From: a virus
Taxonomy: Duplodnaviria > Caudoviricetes
DNA: 64,000 bases
Virus record (IMG/VR): IMGVR_UViG_3300021978_000001
Location: 128,001 to 192,000 of that record
Direction: 5' to 3' (one strand)
Each line of letters opens with the position of its first letter. Position 1 is the first letter of the stretch. Of the stretch, positions 26,102 through 35,012 are shown one piece after another. The position numbers were made by a program, and so were the translations under genes. The notes beneath the pieces were generated by a model. The model was not told the DNA's origin. It saw only the letters and a list, made by a program, of their open reading frames with translations, and did not search any database.

Positions 26102-26527
26102 TCACGTAAAGGGCGCAGAGAATGAAACAGGGTGGTAGACCTCTCCGTCTGGCCCATAAAGGCGCACGAACCAGAAGTCCACCGAAGTGTAAGGGGGCAT
26201 ATTGGACATGAAGGTCTCGAAGTCTTCGACCTTGCTATACAAAAAGCTATGCCGAGAGGAGGGTGAGGCAATCACATAAGGAATCCCCCACTGCTCACAG
26301 ATCTCGATCTTGCGACCTTCCTTTTCCGCCTCTTCAACCCAACGACGGTAAAGGCGTACCGACTTCGCATCGGCATCTTCGCGATAACCCGAACCCGCAT
26401 GATAGTCCTTGCGGGTCAGCGTCGAAAGGTCCAGCTTCTCGACCGGGAACGGCCAGGGCACATCCCCTGCATAGTCCTTCCAATATTCGGGTCCTTCCTC
26501 GGAATCAAAGTACACGTAAAACATCAC
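26102..26527 (-). CDS. hypothetical protein
   Basis: 141 aa, aromatic-rich. Confidence 0.7.
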   Translation of the reverse strand: MMFYVYFDSEEGPEYWKDYAGDVPWPFPVEKLDLSTLTRKDYHAGSGYREDADAKSVRLYRRWVEEAEKEGRKIEICEQWGIPYVIASPSSRHSFLYSKVEDFETFMSNMPPYTSVDFWFVRLYGPDGEVYHPVSFSAPFT

Positions 26528-26569
26528 TGCCTCTTGTTCGTTATGCGGATTCGTTATGCGGGGTGCGGC

Positions 26570-27052
26570 TTATTCACCGGGTTCCTTGACCCTACCGAGG
26601 GGGCGATCGACAACGCGTCGGATTGCACGTGTCTCCTCATTCTCGGCTTTGTTCGCCTGGATCTCAGGGCTGAAATCCAGGGCACGGTTCCCGCCCGCGA
26701 GGAACGCCTCCAGAGGGTCCCATCCCAGGACCTCGATCGAGTAGGGTCCTCCCGGTTCACCCTTGGTCACATCGAAGACGTGCAAATCAGGGTCTTGTTG
26801 AGGGGTCACCTGAACCTCGGTCCCGTCCTCATCAGAGGTCCAGATGTGCGTCCCTGGCGTGGGTCCAGGCGCCCATGTCGCGCCCGGGAAACCGAAGTCG
26901 ATCTCGGGAGGAAGGGGCTTGCACTGGTCGATCGCGCGCATCAAGGATACGAACTTGGCATCATCCCAGTCAATGTCAGGGTTGGTGAATGCCACGAAGC
27001 GTTTGAAGTGATCGAACTGCTCGGGCGTGGGGAGCTTGGCTTGTTTGGTCAT
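26570..27052 (-). CDS. hypothetical protein
   Basis: SD AAAGAGGT before MTKQA. Confidence 0.7.
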   Translation of the reverse strand: MTKQAKLPTPEQFDHFKRFVAFTNPDIDWDDAKFVSLMRAIDQCKPLPPEIDFGFPGATWAPGPTPGTHIWTSDEDGTEVQVTPQQDPDLHVFDVTKGEPGGPYSIEVLGWDPLEAFLAGGNRALDFSPEIQANKAENEETRAIRRVVDRPLGRVKEPGE

Positions 27053-27055
27053 GAT

Positions 27056-27118
27056 GTACCTCTTTGGGGTCAATGTAGGTCACAGGGGACCCTACCCCAA
27101 AGAGGTACAAGGTGTCAA
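27056..27118 (-). promoter_or_regulatory. promoter plus 15-bp inverted repeat covering the promoter spacer and the SD
   Basis: TTGACA-N18-TAGGGT; gtacctctttggggt / accccaaagaggtac. Confidence 0.65.
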
Positions 27119-27423
27119 GTGAGCGGGAAGTATTTTGCCGAGTCGCGAAGTGTCCCCAGCAAATCCAGGAAGCAAGCGAACAGCGTCACCTGAAACACAC
27201 AGGTCTGCATCGCCTTCCCCGCCTCCGTCTCCAGGTCTTCGCGCTCGAACGTGACACCATAGAGAAGATGCGTGACCTCGGTGGCACCCGAATCGAAGGC
27301 TTCCTCGGGGCTGCTGTAGAGACCATTCTCGCACAGATAGTAACGATGCAAGCCGTGGCTCGTCCCCGTAAGAAGGAACACTTGCTGGGGGGTGTAGCGA
27401 TCGAGGTTTGCTTGCTTGAACAT
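27115..27423 (-). CDS. hypothetical protein
   Basis: 102 aa, SD GGAG. Confidence 0.6.
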   Translation of the reverse strand: MFKQANLDRYTPQQVFLLTGTSHGLHRYYLCENGLYSSPEEAFDSGATEVTHLLYGVTFEREDLETEAGKAMQTCVFQVTLFACFLDLLGTLRDSAKYFPLT

Positions 27424-27507
27424 GAGACTCTCCTTCCCATAGGGGGTTTAAAGGTTGCCTCTTTGTCTACCACAAGCCTGGTGGGGTGTAAAAGGAAAGT
27501 GCGTTTT

Positions 27508-27843
27508 TTACTCGAAAAGATCAGGATCGAACGACGGGACATCACGCTCTACGGGGCCGATCCTGCGCCAGCCCAGGCCCGCGCGCGAGGTAGGAGGGAG
27601 GCGTTGATCACCGGGTTCCATGGTTACTTGACGGTAGGGCATCGAAGCGAACCCATCCGAGGTGACTTCGGCGTACTCACCAGGAAGGCGCGGGACTTCA
27701 CCAGGCTTTTGCACGAGCCATACATTCTCTTCAGTCATGATCGCTTCGAGCGCATCATTCTCCATATGTTCGAGCCATGCCCAACGCGCGACATAGACGC
27801 ACACGAGCGCGAGAATCATCAACAAAAAGATCAAGCCTGTCAT
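27508..27843 (-). CDS. membrane-anchored hypothetical protein
   Basis: N-terminal TM helix. Confidence 0.65.
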   Translation of the reverse strand: MTGLIFLLMILALVCVYVARWAWLEHMENDALEAIMTEENVWLVQKPGEVPRLPGEYAEVTSDGFASMPYRQVTMEPGDQRLPPTSRAGLGWRRIGPVERDVPSFDPDLFE

Positions 27844-28925
27844 GAGAGCACCTCGTGCGCCTCGGAGATTTGACGAAAGGCTTGCGCTTCGAGCTTGTCT
27901 TGCGATACTGCTTCCAGCTCATACGCGCATGCCAGCAACTCCTCACTCCCAATACCCTGCTCATCGGTCAACAATTCCAGAACCTTGAGAGGCATTTGAG
28001 CGCTCCCATTGTGGATACCGCTCAGGGCACCTGCAAGCGCCGCGATGGAATCCACATCACCCCCAGGCAGGAGCGCGCACTGAATCGTTGCCCAGAAGTT
28101 GTACGGCGTCTTCAGGAAAGCATACAATGCCCACAAGGTACTCGATACACAGTACGGACTGATACCAGGCCAACCCTCTGTATCCGATTGGACCTCTTCC
28201 AGGAGATACTGCATGCACCTGTGATCACTGTCGAGCATCTCCCTGACGTCCTTGCGAAGATACCCTGCCACTTTACGCAAATGTGCAGCCATCTCCTCGT
28301 CCTCATCCTCGATGTGCACCGAGAGACGCTGCATAAATTGATACGCGCTCATGTCCACGTCGAGCAGCACACGCGAAGCGTAAAAGCTCGCAAGCCCCAC
28401 GACCACAGAGCATATTTGAGACACATGGGAAGCATGCGTAATCACCGATTGCAGCTTCGACGCCGCAGCAACCTCTTCACTCGACCCGTACACGAGGCCC
28501 ATCCAGGTCGCGCGTGTACATGCGCCGTTCCCTGCCGAGTACAGATCTCCCGAGTCTCGCCACGAGCTACCCGCAGAGAGACGACCCAACGCAGTATGCG
28601 TGGTACCACCCATGCCCGAAAGCTGATCACGTCGGTACAAGTCCAGGAGACGGTCGGCATAGTCCTGTACGTCGAAATGAGCACCCGTCGAAACCAGAGA
28701 CAGCGCGAGCTGGTACATGAACTGTGTGTCGTCCGTGTAATGCCCAAAAGGTCTCTCACCGTAGAAGGTAGGTGGTGCGTCATCGAACTCCAGTGGACGC
28801 ACATAAGCCTCGACATATGCGCGCGCAACATGGGCAGGTTGCTTCTCGACAGGAGCACCTACAGCGTCTCCCACCGCACAACCCAACATGCACCCCTGGT
28901 AAGTGCCTGGTTTCTTGTCGGTCAT
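27840..28925 (-). CDS. ADP-ribosylglycohydrolase (DraG/ARH family)
   Basis: GCAVGDAVG, YTDDTQ, GNGACTR, GGDVDSIAALAGALSG. Confidence 0.92.
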   Translation of the reverse strand: MTDKKPGTYQGCMLGCAVGDAVGAPVEKQPAHVARAYVEAYVRPLEFDDAPPTFYGERPFGHYTDDTQFMYQLALSLVSTGAHFDVQDYADRLLDLYRRDQLSGMGGTTHTALGRLSAGSSWRDSGDLYSAGNGACTRATWMGLVYGSSEEVAAASKLQSVITHASHVSQICSVVVGLASFYASRVLLDVDMSAYQFMQRLSVHIEDEDEEMAAHLRKVAGYLRKDVREMLDSDHRCMQYLLEEVQSDTEGWPGISPYCVSSTLWALYAFLKTPYNFWATIQCALLPGGDVDSIAALAGALSGIHNGSAQMPLKVLELLTDEQGIGSEELLACAYELEAVSQDKLEAQAFRQISEAHEVLS

Positions 28926-29254
28926 GAACATGACTCTTTGTCCGAAAGAAGTGCAGCCAGAGACATGCGCATGACCTCCTGGAGAGCTTTCTCGAAGGCG
29001 CGCCAATCATAGGTGATGTCAAGCTCCCCGTCCGAATCTTCCGACACCTCCACGACGATCTCAGGGAAGTACGGGATCATGGTCAAGGCGAGGTGGTGCG
29101 CCCACTCGACACCTCCAACACGATCGGGCAAGCGCTTCGCACCCAGGCCCGCGCCAAAAATCTGGATAAGCCACTCCTGTGCAGAAGCAGGCAACCCCTC
29201 GTCCTCGAAGGATGCCCGAAGCCAGGCATGGATCTGTTCTTTTCGAGAAGACAT
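28922..29254 (-). CDS. hypothetical protein
   Basis: SD GAGGT before MSSRK. Confidence 0.65.
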   Translation of the reverse strand: MSSRKEQIHAWLRASFEDEGLPASAQEWLIQIFGAGLGAKRLPDRVGGVEWAHHLALTMIPYFPEIVVEVSEDSDGELDITYDWRAFEKALQEVMRMSLAALLSDKESCS

Positions 29255-29264
29255 GGTTTTGACC

Positions 29265-29594
29265 TCAAGGTTGGAGCTGTTGTACGAGGACCACGGCGCC
29301 ACGCGTTGCATTCGACCAACGCATCATCGGAGACGCGTGATCAGACAACAGATGTTCTCCGTGTTGAAAGGACCACGCGTACACCTGGTGCCCTTCTACA
29401 CGCAACATAAGTCCATATGCACGCAAGTAGTTTTCCAACTCCCGACGCGTTCGCCACACAAACCTCGAATCCTCGGGCCAGGCAAGATCTCTCAAGCGCC
29501 AATGCCTCTCGCGGCCCCACGCTCCCATACGCCAAAACATCCACGATGTCACATAATACAACAACCGCCATGACCAGAGTTTCACGCATTGCAT
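29265..29594 (-). CDS. hypothetical protein
   Basis: 109 aa, SD GGAGGT. Confidence 0.55.
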   Translation of the reverse strand: MQCVKLWSWRLLYYVTSWMFWRMGAWGRERHWRLRDLAWPEDSRFVWRTRRELENYLRAYGLMLRVEGHQVYAWSFQHGEHLLSDHASPMMRWSNATRGAVVLVQQLQP

Positions 29595-29644
29595 GACCTC
29601 CCCCTGGGCACCTAGACACTCTGTCTGCTATATCAATGAAGTAT

Positions 29645-30382
29645 TCAAGGAGCGAGCAAGTTCAAGGGCTCCCCTGGTGATTCGATGTCGTAAGCGTCGG
29701 TATCAATGATGTGACAAAGGAGATCCTGGTACCCCCCGAGAGCATGCTCTTTCGTGAGGCCCATCCTGCGCAGGGTTGCCCAGACGTGCTTCTCCTCCCT
29801 CGAATAGGGATTCACGCTGCCTCGCGTGATGAGACCTTGCTCGGCATAGTGGCGCGCCGCTAACAGCGTCAGATACACGTAGATCACGAGGTCCTGCGGG
29901 CTTAGATGCTCACTGAAGGTGTCCGAGTAATAGTCCGTATACGCATAACCAACGAGCGTCGCACGGGTGCGTTGATACTCATCTATCATGCGTGGGTTGA
30001 AGTGGAAGTAAGTGTCGATAGCCTCGCGAATCTCCTCCTCGGTTAATGCCATACGCTGCTTGTGAGACATGTTCAAGAACCGAGGAAAGTACCTGTAGAC
30101 CTGGTGGAAGATCTCGACCTCGCTCATCTCGCTCGGGTCAGTGACGCACCACCCACGCGTGGCTTTGTAGTGCAAGACCGTCGAATTGTACCGCTCCCAT
30201 GACTCCTCAGTCACGAAGCTCATTTTGAGCTTGTAGCGCATGGTGGAGGGAGAGCCATCGTAGCGAGTACCCCTGTGCATGTACAACGTCTCAGTCTGGT
30301 AGCCCTTGTTCCAACCCAGGGAATCGACCCCCACAGGGTCCCAGCAGAAGACATGATCACGAGGCGCTTCGATAAGCATCAA
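29645..30382 (-). CDS. hypothetical protein
   Basis: 245 aa, coupled overlap. Confidence 0.7.
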   Translation of the reverse strand: MMLIEAPRDHVFCWDPVGVDSLGWNKGYQTETLYMHRGTRYDGSPSTMRYKLKMSFVTEESWERYNSTVLHYKATRGWCVTDPSEMSEVEIFHQVYRYFPRFLNMSHKQRMALTEEEIREAIDTYFHFNPRMIDEYQRTRATLVGYAYTDYYSDTFSEHLSPQDLVIYVYLTLLAARHYAEQGLITRGSVNPYSREEKHVWATLRRMGLTKEHALGGYQDLLCHIIDTDAYDIESPGEPLNLLAP

Positions 30383-30861
30383 GAGTCCCCCTGAGAGTTG
30401 AGAGTCCAGGACACCTGTATATCACGCTGCACCCACTCCCCTGAAGGGTCCTCGAACTCCACCAGCCCGACCCGACGCCCCTGCGCGCAATCGGGGTCCT
30501 CATGCGCCTCCTCCCTGATCCAGTTGTTCACGATATGCGCGCCCTCTTTCCAGCAAGGGAAAGACTTTCCGGGGAAATACGCGAAGAACCACCACCCGCC
30601 CGCCAACTTGCGAAAGGGTGCGCTCAATGCGAGGATTTCCGCGAGGCACTCAAACACCACCGACAGCATAAACAAAGGGAGTACGACAATCAACCCCACC
30701 AACACCCCCAGTGCATACCGAATAACCTGTGGCAGCACGCGCGAATCGGTCATCCAATCCATGAGCGCAGACGCTAGGTTTACTGGGATGTACTCCATAT
30801 ACCTCAAACCATGATACAGCTTGAGATACATGTTCCGGGATTCTTTCTTCTCCTCTGCCAT
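30379..30861 (-). CDS. membrane protein
   Basis: Long hydrophobic segment. Confidence 0.7.
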   Translation of the reverse strand: MAEEKKESRNMYLKLYHGLRYMEYIPVNLASALMDWMTDSRVLPQVIRYALGVLVGLIVVLPLFMLSVVFECLAEILALSAPFRKLAGGWWFFAYFPGKSFPCWKEGAHIVNNWIREEAHEDPDCAQGRRVGLVEFEDPSGEWVQRDIQVSWTLNSQGDS

Positions 30862-30863
30862 GC

Positions 30864-31136
30864 TTATTCGTGCTCCCGGGCTGTTTTGTGTTGGAGGCGT
30901 ACTTGCGACAACAACACGCGCTTGCGTTGTGACACCACATGCGTTCGGACCATGTAGTGTCCCTCACGCATGCGCTGCTGCGCGCGTAAGAAGCGCTGGT
31001 AAACATCCTCGGGAGCTTGAGACTCTTGGTCGGGCGCCGGTACTATCGTCGTGTTCATTAGACTTCCTCGTATTCGTTCGTACCACGTTCGGTTGTGCAG
31101 GCTACCACAGGGAAAGGGTTGCGTCCAGAAGGTCAT
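30864..31136 (-). CDS. hypothetical protein
   Basis: 90 aa, coupled to orn. Confidence 0.5.
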   Translation of the reverse strand: MTFWTQPFPCGSLHNRTWYERIRGSLMNTTIVPAPDQESQAPEDVYQRFLRAQQRMREGHYMVRTHVVSQRKRVLLSQVRLQHKTAREHE

Positions 31137-31687
31137 ACCTTGAAATAGTGATCTCGGAAAAAAGACAGCTCTCGTATGGTGTTACGCAAGTCCCCCAACA
31201 CCCTGTGATCTGGGTCTTTCTCGTGTTCGAGGATAGGCAGTCCCCACACCTTGCACGTCTCTCGCATCGAAGAGACGTCGATGTTCCTGAAATGGAAGAG
31301 GCTGTTGAGCCTGGGCATCTTCTCCTGGATGAACTGGCGATCGAAATGCACCGAGGACCCTCCCATGCAATACAACCCTAGCCTCGCCTCGGGGTCAGGC
31401 TTGAGCAAGGGTTGGTAGAGCGTACAGATCTCTTCCTCCACTTCCGCCATCGTCTGCGTCGCTTCGAGGCTTGCCTGAGTCAAGCCGCTCTCTGCATGCA
31501 CCCGGATACACCATTCATCCATGGCGTCCAGCACCTCTTTCGGGTGGTGAATCACCCAGGAACGCGCGGATTGCTCCTGGAGATCATCGTCTGTGATCAC
31601 GATCCCAATCTCCAGGATCGGGATCTCATGAATGGGGCGGTTGGTCGGGAGATCCCCCGTCTCAATATCCACGAAGACAAACATCAC
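31133..31687 (-). CDS. orn: oligoribonuclease
   Basis: VDIETG..ILEIGIVITD, MDEWC...H..SGL, GSSVHFDR.F, HFRNIDVSS, HRVLGD. Confidence 0.92.
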   Translation of the reverse strand: MMFVFVDIETGDLPTNRPIHEIPILEIGIVITDDDLQEQSARSWVIHHPKEVLDAMDEWCIRVHAESGLTQASLEATQTMAEVEEEICTLYQPLLKPDPEARLGLYCMGGSSVHFDRQFIQEKMPRLNSLFHFRNIDVSSMRETCKVWGLPILEHEKDPDHRVLGDLRNTIRELSFFRDHYFKV

Positions 31688-32388
31688 GCCTCCTCTTCAG
31701 GTAGAGCGGAAACGTAAGCCATCTCCTCCAGCTTGTGATCGACCAGAGAGATGAGCTGCGCGCGCGCGTGATCCAGATTGTCGTTGACAATGATGGCGTC
31801 GAAAGCGTCCCACGTCGAATACATCTCCTCCTGCGCAGTCTCGATGCGCTTGAGCGCTTCCTCCTGTGTACGGTCTTTGAGCAAGCGATCCTGGAGCGTC
31901 TGCTTATTGGGGGGCAACAAGAGCACCGCGAAGATCTCGACCCCTGCATACTTCCCTCGTGGGAAGCTGCGTGTGGTAGGGAAACGATACTTGCGAAACT
32001 GTTCGAGGCCGTGTCTCTCGATCACCGCGACCGCGTGCTTTCCCTGATCGAAGATGTCGTAGATGGTGCGGTTGTGGAACCCGTAGAGGTTCCCATGATA
32101 CTGCACATACTCGATATACTGACCCAGGGCCATGTCACCGCGCATCTTCGTTACATCAGTCTCGAAGTGATAATGCACACCATCAATCTCGCCTTCACGT
32201 GGGGCGCGTGAGGTGGTCGAGACAGCAGGAAGCAGGCGATCATCTTCCGTCAACGCAGCCGCCAATGTCGTCTTACCTACTCCAGAAGGCCCAACAAGGG
32301 CCACGATGAGGCGTTTGGGGGGAGTGCCACGTAGCACCCGCGTCTCTTGACCTGGCCTTCGAGGATTTAGCTTTTTCTCTTGCGTCAT
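31684..32388 (-). CDS. gmk: guanylate kinase
   Basis: GPSGVGKTT, STTSRAPREGEIDGVHYHF, EYVQYHGNLYG. Confidence 0.9.
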   Translation of the reverse strand: MTQEKKLNPRRPGQETRVLRGTPPKRLIVALVGPSGVGKTTLAAALTEDDRLLPAVSTTSRAPREGEIDGVHYHFETDVTKMRGDMALGQYIEYVQYHGNLYGFHNRTIYDIFDQGKHAVAVIERHGLEQFRKYRFPTTRSFPRGKYAGVEIFAVLLLPPNKQTLQDRLLKDRTQEEALKRIETAQEEMYSTWDAFDAIIVNDNLDHARAQLISLVDHKLEEMAYVSALPEEEA

Positions 32389-32434
32389 AATTCACACGCT
32401 CCGAGAGGCACCTTTGGGGAGGGTTCTCGGTGTG

Positions 32435-32463
32435 ATCTTACGTCGAAGCGAAGAGAGCGTCAA
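32435..32463 (-). promoter_or_regulatory. sigma70-like promoter
   Basis: TTGACG-N17-TAAGAT. Confidence 0.6.
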
Positions 32464-32488
32464 CCAGATGAGATGATCGCATGGCGAT

Positions 32489-32522
32489 AAAAAAGCCCGC
32501 AGATACGCCATCTGCGGGCTTC
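32489..32522 (-). terminator. intrinsic terminator
   Basis: aagcccgcagat/atctgcgggctt stem with T6. Confidence 0.75.
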
Positions 32523-32541
32523 AAGGCGTAAATAAAAGAAC

Positions 32542-32934
32542 TCAGGGAATCCAGATCGCGCCGTCTACAAACATCACGAAAAGCGCTTCGTGGACAGGTT
32601 GCTCGGTCTCTGCGTCGATAAAGAGCCCCTCGGTCTCGAACGCGTTGTAGCGCACGCGACGCTCACAAATCACGTCCTCCGGGAGCGCTTCGATCAGCTC
32701 ACCATAGACCCTGGCATGAACATTACGGCGTTTCTGCGCTACCGCACGCTTCCACCCCTTCTGGCCCACGCGAAACTCTGCTCCCTTGAGATACACCTGG
32801 GAAACGTGCGCCTTCACCAAGCCCTTGTGCGTCACAGAAAAGCACTTCTTGGTCAGGTGCCAGTGCACGCTAACACGCTCACCCACGAGAGCAGTCGTGT
32901 GTGCTGCCTTGGGGATCTTTCTTCGAGTTGTCAT
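32542..32934 (-). CDS. conserved phage-type hypothetical protein
   Basis: VHWHL.K.CFSV...RRNVHA motif; start at MTTRR. Confidence 0.7.
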   Translation of the reverse strand: MTTRRKIPKAAHTTALVGERVSVHWHLTKKCFSVTHKGLVKAHVSQVYLKGAEFRVGQKGWKRAVAQKRRNVHARVYGELIEALPEDVICERRVRYNAFETEGLFIDAETEQPVHEALFVMFVDGAIWIP

Positions 32935-32947
32935 GGTTACTCTTGTA

Positions 32948-33030
32948 TGCACGAGGAGGGGGTCGAACCCTCACGGCCTTTCGCCACCGGATTCTTAGTC
33001 CGGCCCGTCTACCAATTCCAGCACTCGCGC
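32948..33030 (-). tRNA. trnL: tRNA-Leu(AAG)
   Basis: Class II Leu-type cloverleaf, CCGGA-CTAAGAA-TCCGG. Confidence 0.9.
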
Positions 33031-33075
33031 GTGCGGTAAGGATAGCAACCGTGAGGGCGCTCTTATTCCTGGGAT

Positions 33076-33513
33076 TTAGTTGAGCTGCGTGACGTCGAGC
33101 GTCTGGATGAGCCAGGACAACTGCTCGAACTGCTCCTCAGTAAGATCCGAATCCGACAGACCCATGCGCGCGCTCTTCACGAGGTTGCCCATCAGATGCT
33201 CGGGCGTGAGATTCATGTGCGACACGACCGTCTCGATGTTCTCAGGGACCTCCGCGCCCGCCTCCTCAAGATGTGACGAGAGCAGGTCCTTCATCATGGG
33301 GTTGGTGAGCAGGGTGGTCATCATCGAACGTGCCATGGATAACGAGTTCTCGAAGAACTGGCGCGGCTCCTTCCCAGAGGAAGCACAAGCCGCCCTCACC
33401 ATCTGCGCGAGCGAGGTCAACAACTCGACCTCGATCTTCCCTTCCTCTGCACCTTCCACCATCGCACCCGACTCTTGAAGAGCCCCCAACAGCGCGAACA
33501 TATTCGAGTCCAT
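33076..33513 (-). CDS. hypothetical protein
   Basis: 145 aa, SD AAGGAGG. Confidence 0.75.
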   Translation of the reverse strand: MDSNMFALLGALQESGAMVEGAEEGKIEVELLTSLAQMVRAACASSGKEPRQFFENSLSMARSMMTTLLTNPMMKDLLSSHLEEAGAEVPENIETVVSHMNLTPEHLMGNLVKSARMGLSDSDLTEEQFEQLSWLIQTLDVTQLN

Positions 33514-33554
33514 GTTTTGCCTCCTTTATGGCGTTTGGACAAGTACCTCACCAG

Positions 33555-33583
33555 GGTTTACCGCAAAACAAGAGAGCTGTCAA
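33555..33583 (-). promoter_or_regulatory. sigma70-like promoter
   Basis: TTGACA-N17-TAAACC. Confidence 0.45.
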
Positions 33584-33597
33584 GAGTATATCGTCAA

Positions 33598-33625
33598 GCA
33601 CTCACGTCAGGCACTCACGTCAGGC
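33598..33625. repeat. 13-bp tandem direct repeat
   Basis: gcactcacgtcag x2, next to two TTGAC boxes. Confidence 0.8.
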
Positions 33626-34023
33626 GCGCGTCCCTGGTGCAGGTCAACCACCTCCTCAGAAGAGTGTTCGATATAATCATCGAACGAGAAGGTGTGATGA
33701 AAGCGGGTAACATCCGCGCCCCTACAGAAGCGCACCTCCTGATCGTAGGGATCGACCAGGATCAAAGCGTTGTTCAGATCCCCCGCGAGATCACCAGGGA
33801 AGACCCCGAGACCATAACCCGTCTCTGCCATGACGTCCTTCTTGATGAACTCGGAAAACAGCATGCGCGCGAGATAAGAAGGATCACGCCAACGCGCCTT
33901 CCTACTCAGGCATGCGTGAACAGTCGCCGCCATCTGATCACCATACCAATGGGTATACAACAGCACACCACTCACGTCCTCAGAACGATTCGTGCGCACC
34001 AACACCTGTCCACGATCTCCCAT
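33607..34023 (-). CDS. conserved phage-type hypothetical protein
   Basis: MGDRGQV..LYTHWYG..RWRDPSYLARMLF; SD AGGAG. Confidence 0.75.
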   Translation of the reverse strand: MGDRGQVLVRTNRSEDVSGVLLYTHWYGDQMAATVHACLSRKARWRDPSYLARMLFSEFIKKDVMAETGYGLGVFPGDLAGDLNNALILVDPYDQEVRFCRGADVTRFHHTFSFDDYIEHSSEEVVDLHQGRAPDVSA

Positions 34024-34062
34024 ACGAGACTCCTGATCACAACCCGGGGAGGGGTGCGCAGA

Positions 34063-34091
34063 AGCATAGCACAAGAGCTGTAGCAGGTAAA
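34063..34091 (-). promoter_or_regulatory. sigma70-like promoter
   Basis: TTTACC-N17-TATGCT, TG extension. Confidence 0.5.
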
Positions 34092-34108
34092 ACAAATTGT
34101 GAATGGAA

Positions 34109-34197
34109 AGGAGGGTAGGGGGATCGAACCCCTGTATCACACTCAAGTGATGCCTCAGATTAGCAGTCTGGCCGTTTACCAACTCACGCAACCCTCC
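34109..34197 (-). tRNA. trnS: tRNA-Ser(GCT)
   Basis: Class II cloverleaf, loop CTGCTAA, U73. Confidence 0.9.
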
Positions 34198-34227
34198 GGG
34201 GAGAGAAGAACCCCCGAGGAGACGGCG

Positions 34228-34587
34228 CTATTCCAGGACAAGGCGAGAGAGGAGGTGATGCAACGTGAGCTGGAGATCACCACGCGGAATGTCAACCCAA
34301 CGGGGCTCCAAGCATCGCAAGACCCCCCGTTGCGTCAAGCAAAACTCAGTGAGGTCGTCGAGTTCATTGAAGTCGAGCGCCATGACCGTGTTGTAGAACC
34401 GGATCACTTCGGCTGCGATCTCCTTAGAAGACGTCCCCGGGAACGCGCGCTGAATCCTGCGTACCGGGCGCGTTACGATGAACCTGAACGCTCGATCTCG
34501 CGTATCCAACAGCAACACTCCCACATTGACTGCTTCGGCGCGCTCTGGGTCAGGCATGTACTGTACCAGGGAGTAATAGCCGCTCAT
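34228..34587 (-). CDS. DUF3037-domain protein
   Basis: YSLVQYMPDPERAEAVNVGVLL signature. Confidence 0.8.
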   Translation of the reverse strand: MSGYYSLVQYMPDPERAEAVNVGVLLLDTRDRAFRFIVTRPVRRIQRAFPGTSSKEIAAEVIRFYNTVMALDFNELDDLTEFCLTQRGVLRCLEPRWVDIPRGDLQLTLHHLLSRLVLE

Positions 34588-34811
34588 GTGTCTTGCTCCT
34601 GATTCCTGGCAAACGTATCCAGGTTTGCCAGGCGCCACGCCGCACACAAGCACGCCACAATCATGAGCACTGCATACAAGCCAGAGAACTGCTCAAGCTG
34701 ACCCCACAAAGTTTTATCAGGGAGGCGCGCGGTCCATCCCAACACGAGCGTGATCCCCAAAGACAACACACCCGCCTCACGGAAGGTCACAACGATAGCA
34801 TCCCATGCCAT
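34584..34811 (-). CDS. small two-TM membrane protein
   Basis: Two hydrophobic helices; SD AAGGAG. Confidence 0.65.
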   Translation of the reverse strand: MAWDAIVVTFREAGVLSLGITLVLGWTARLPDKTLWGQLEQFSGLYAVLMIVACLCAAWRLANLDTFARNQEQDT

Positions 34812-34824
34812 ATCCTACTCCTTG

Positions 34825-34851
34825 AAAAAGTCCTGTGGTTTGTCCACAGGA
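34825..34851 (-). terminator. intrinsic terminator after tRNA-Ser
   Basis: tcctgtgg/ccacagga plus T5. Confidence 0.65.
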
Positions 34852-34884
34852 TCTACCAAAGGTAGGGAATCACAAATGAATTAG

Positions 34885-34972
34885 AAGAGCAGGTGGGAGT
34901 CGAACCCACAGACCGCTTACACAGCGACCCACCGTTTTCGAGACGGTTTGCCTTGCCAATGACGACTGCTCC
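34885..34972 (-). tRNA. trnS: tRNA-Ser(CGA)
   Basis: Class II cloverleaf, loop CTCGAAA, U73. Confidence 0.9.
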
Positions 34973-35012
34973 TGGCAGGGAACTCAACATCCCCTGTCAC
35001 GTGCGCATTCCC

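Noticed and set aside
27855-29012. 385-aa plus-strand ORF
   Set aside because: Antisense to the ADP-ribosylglycohydrolase
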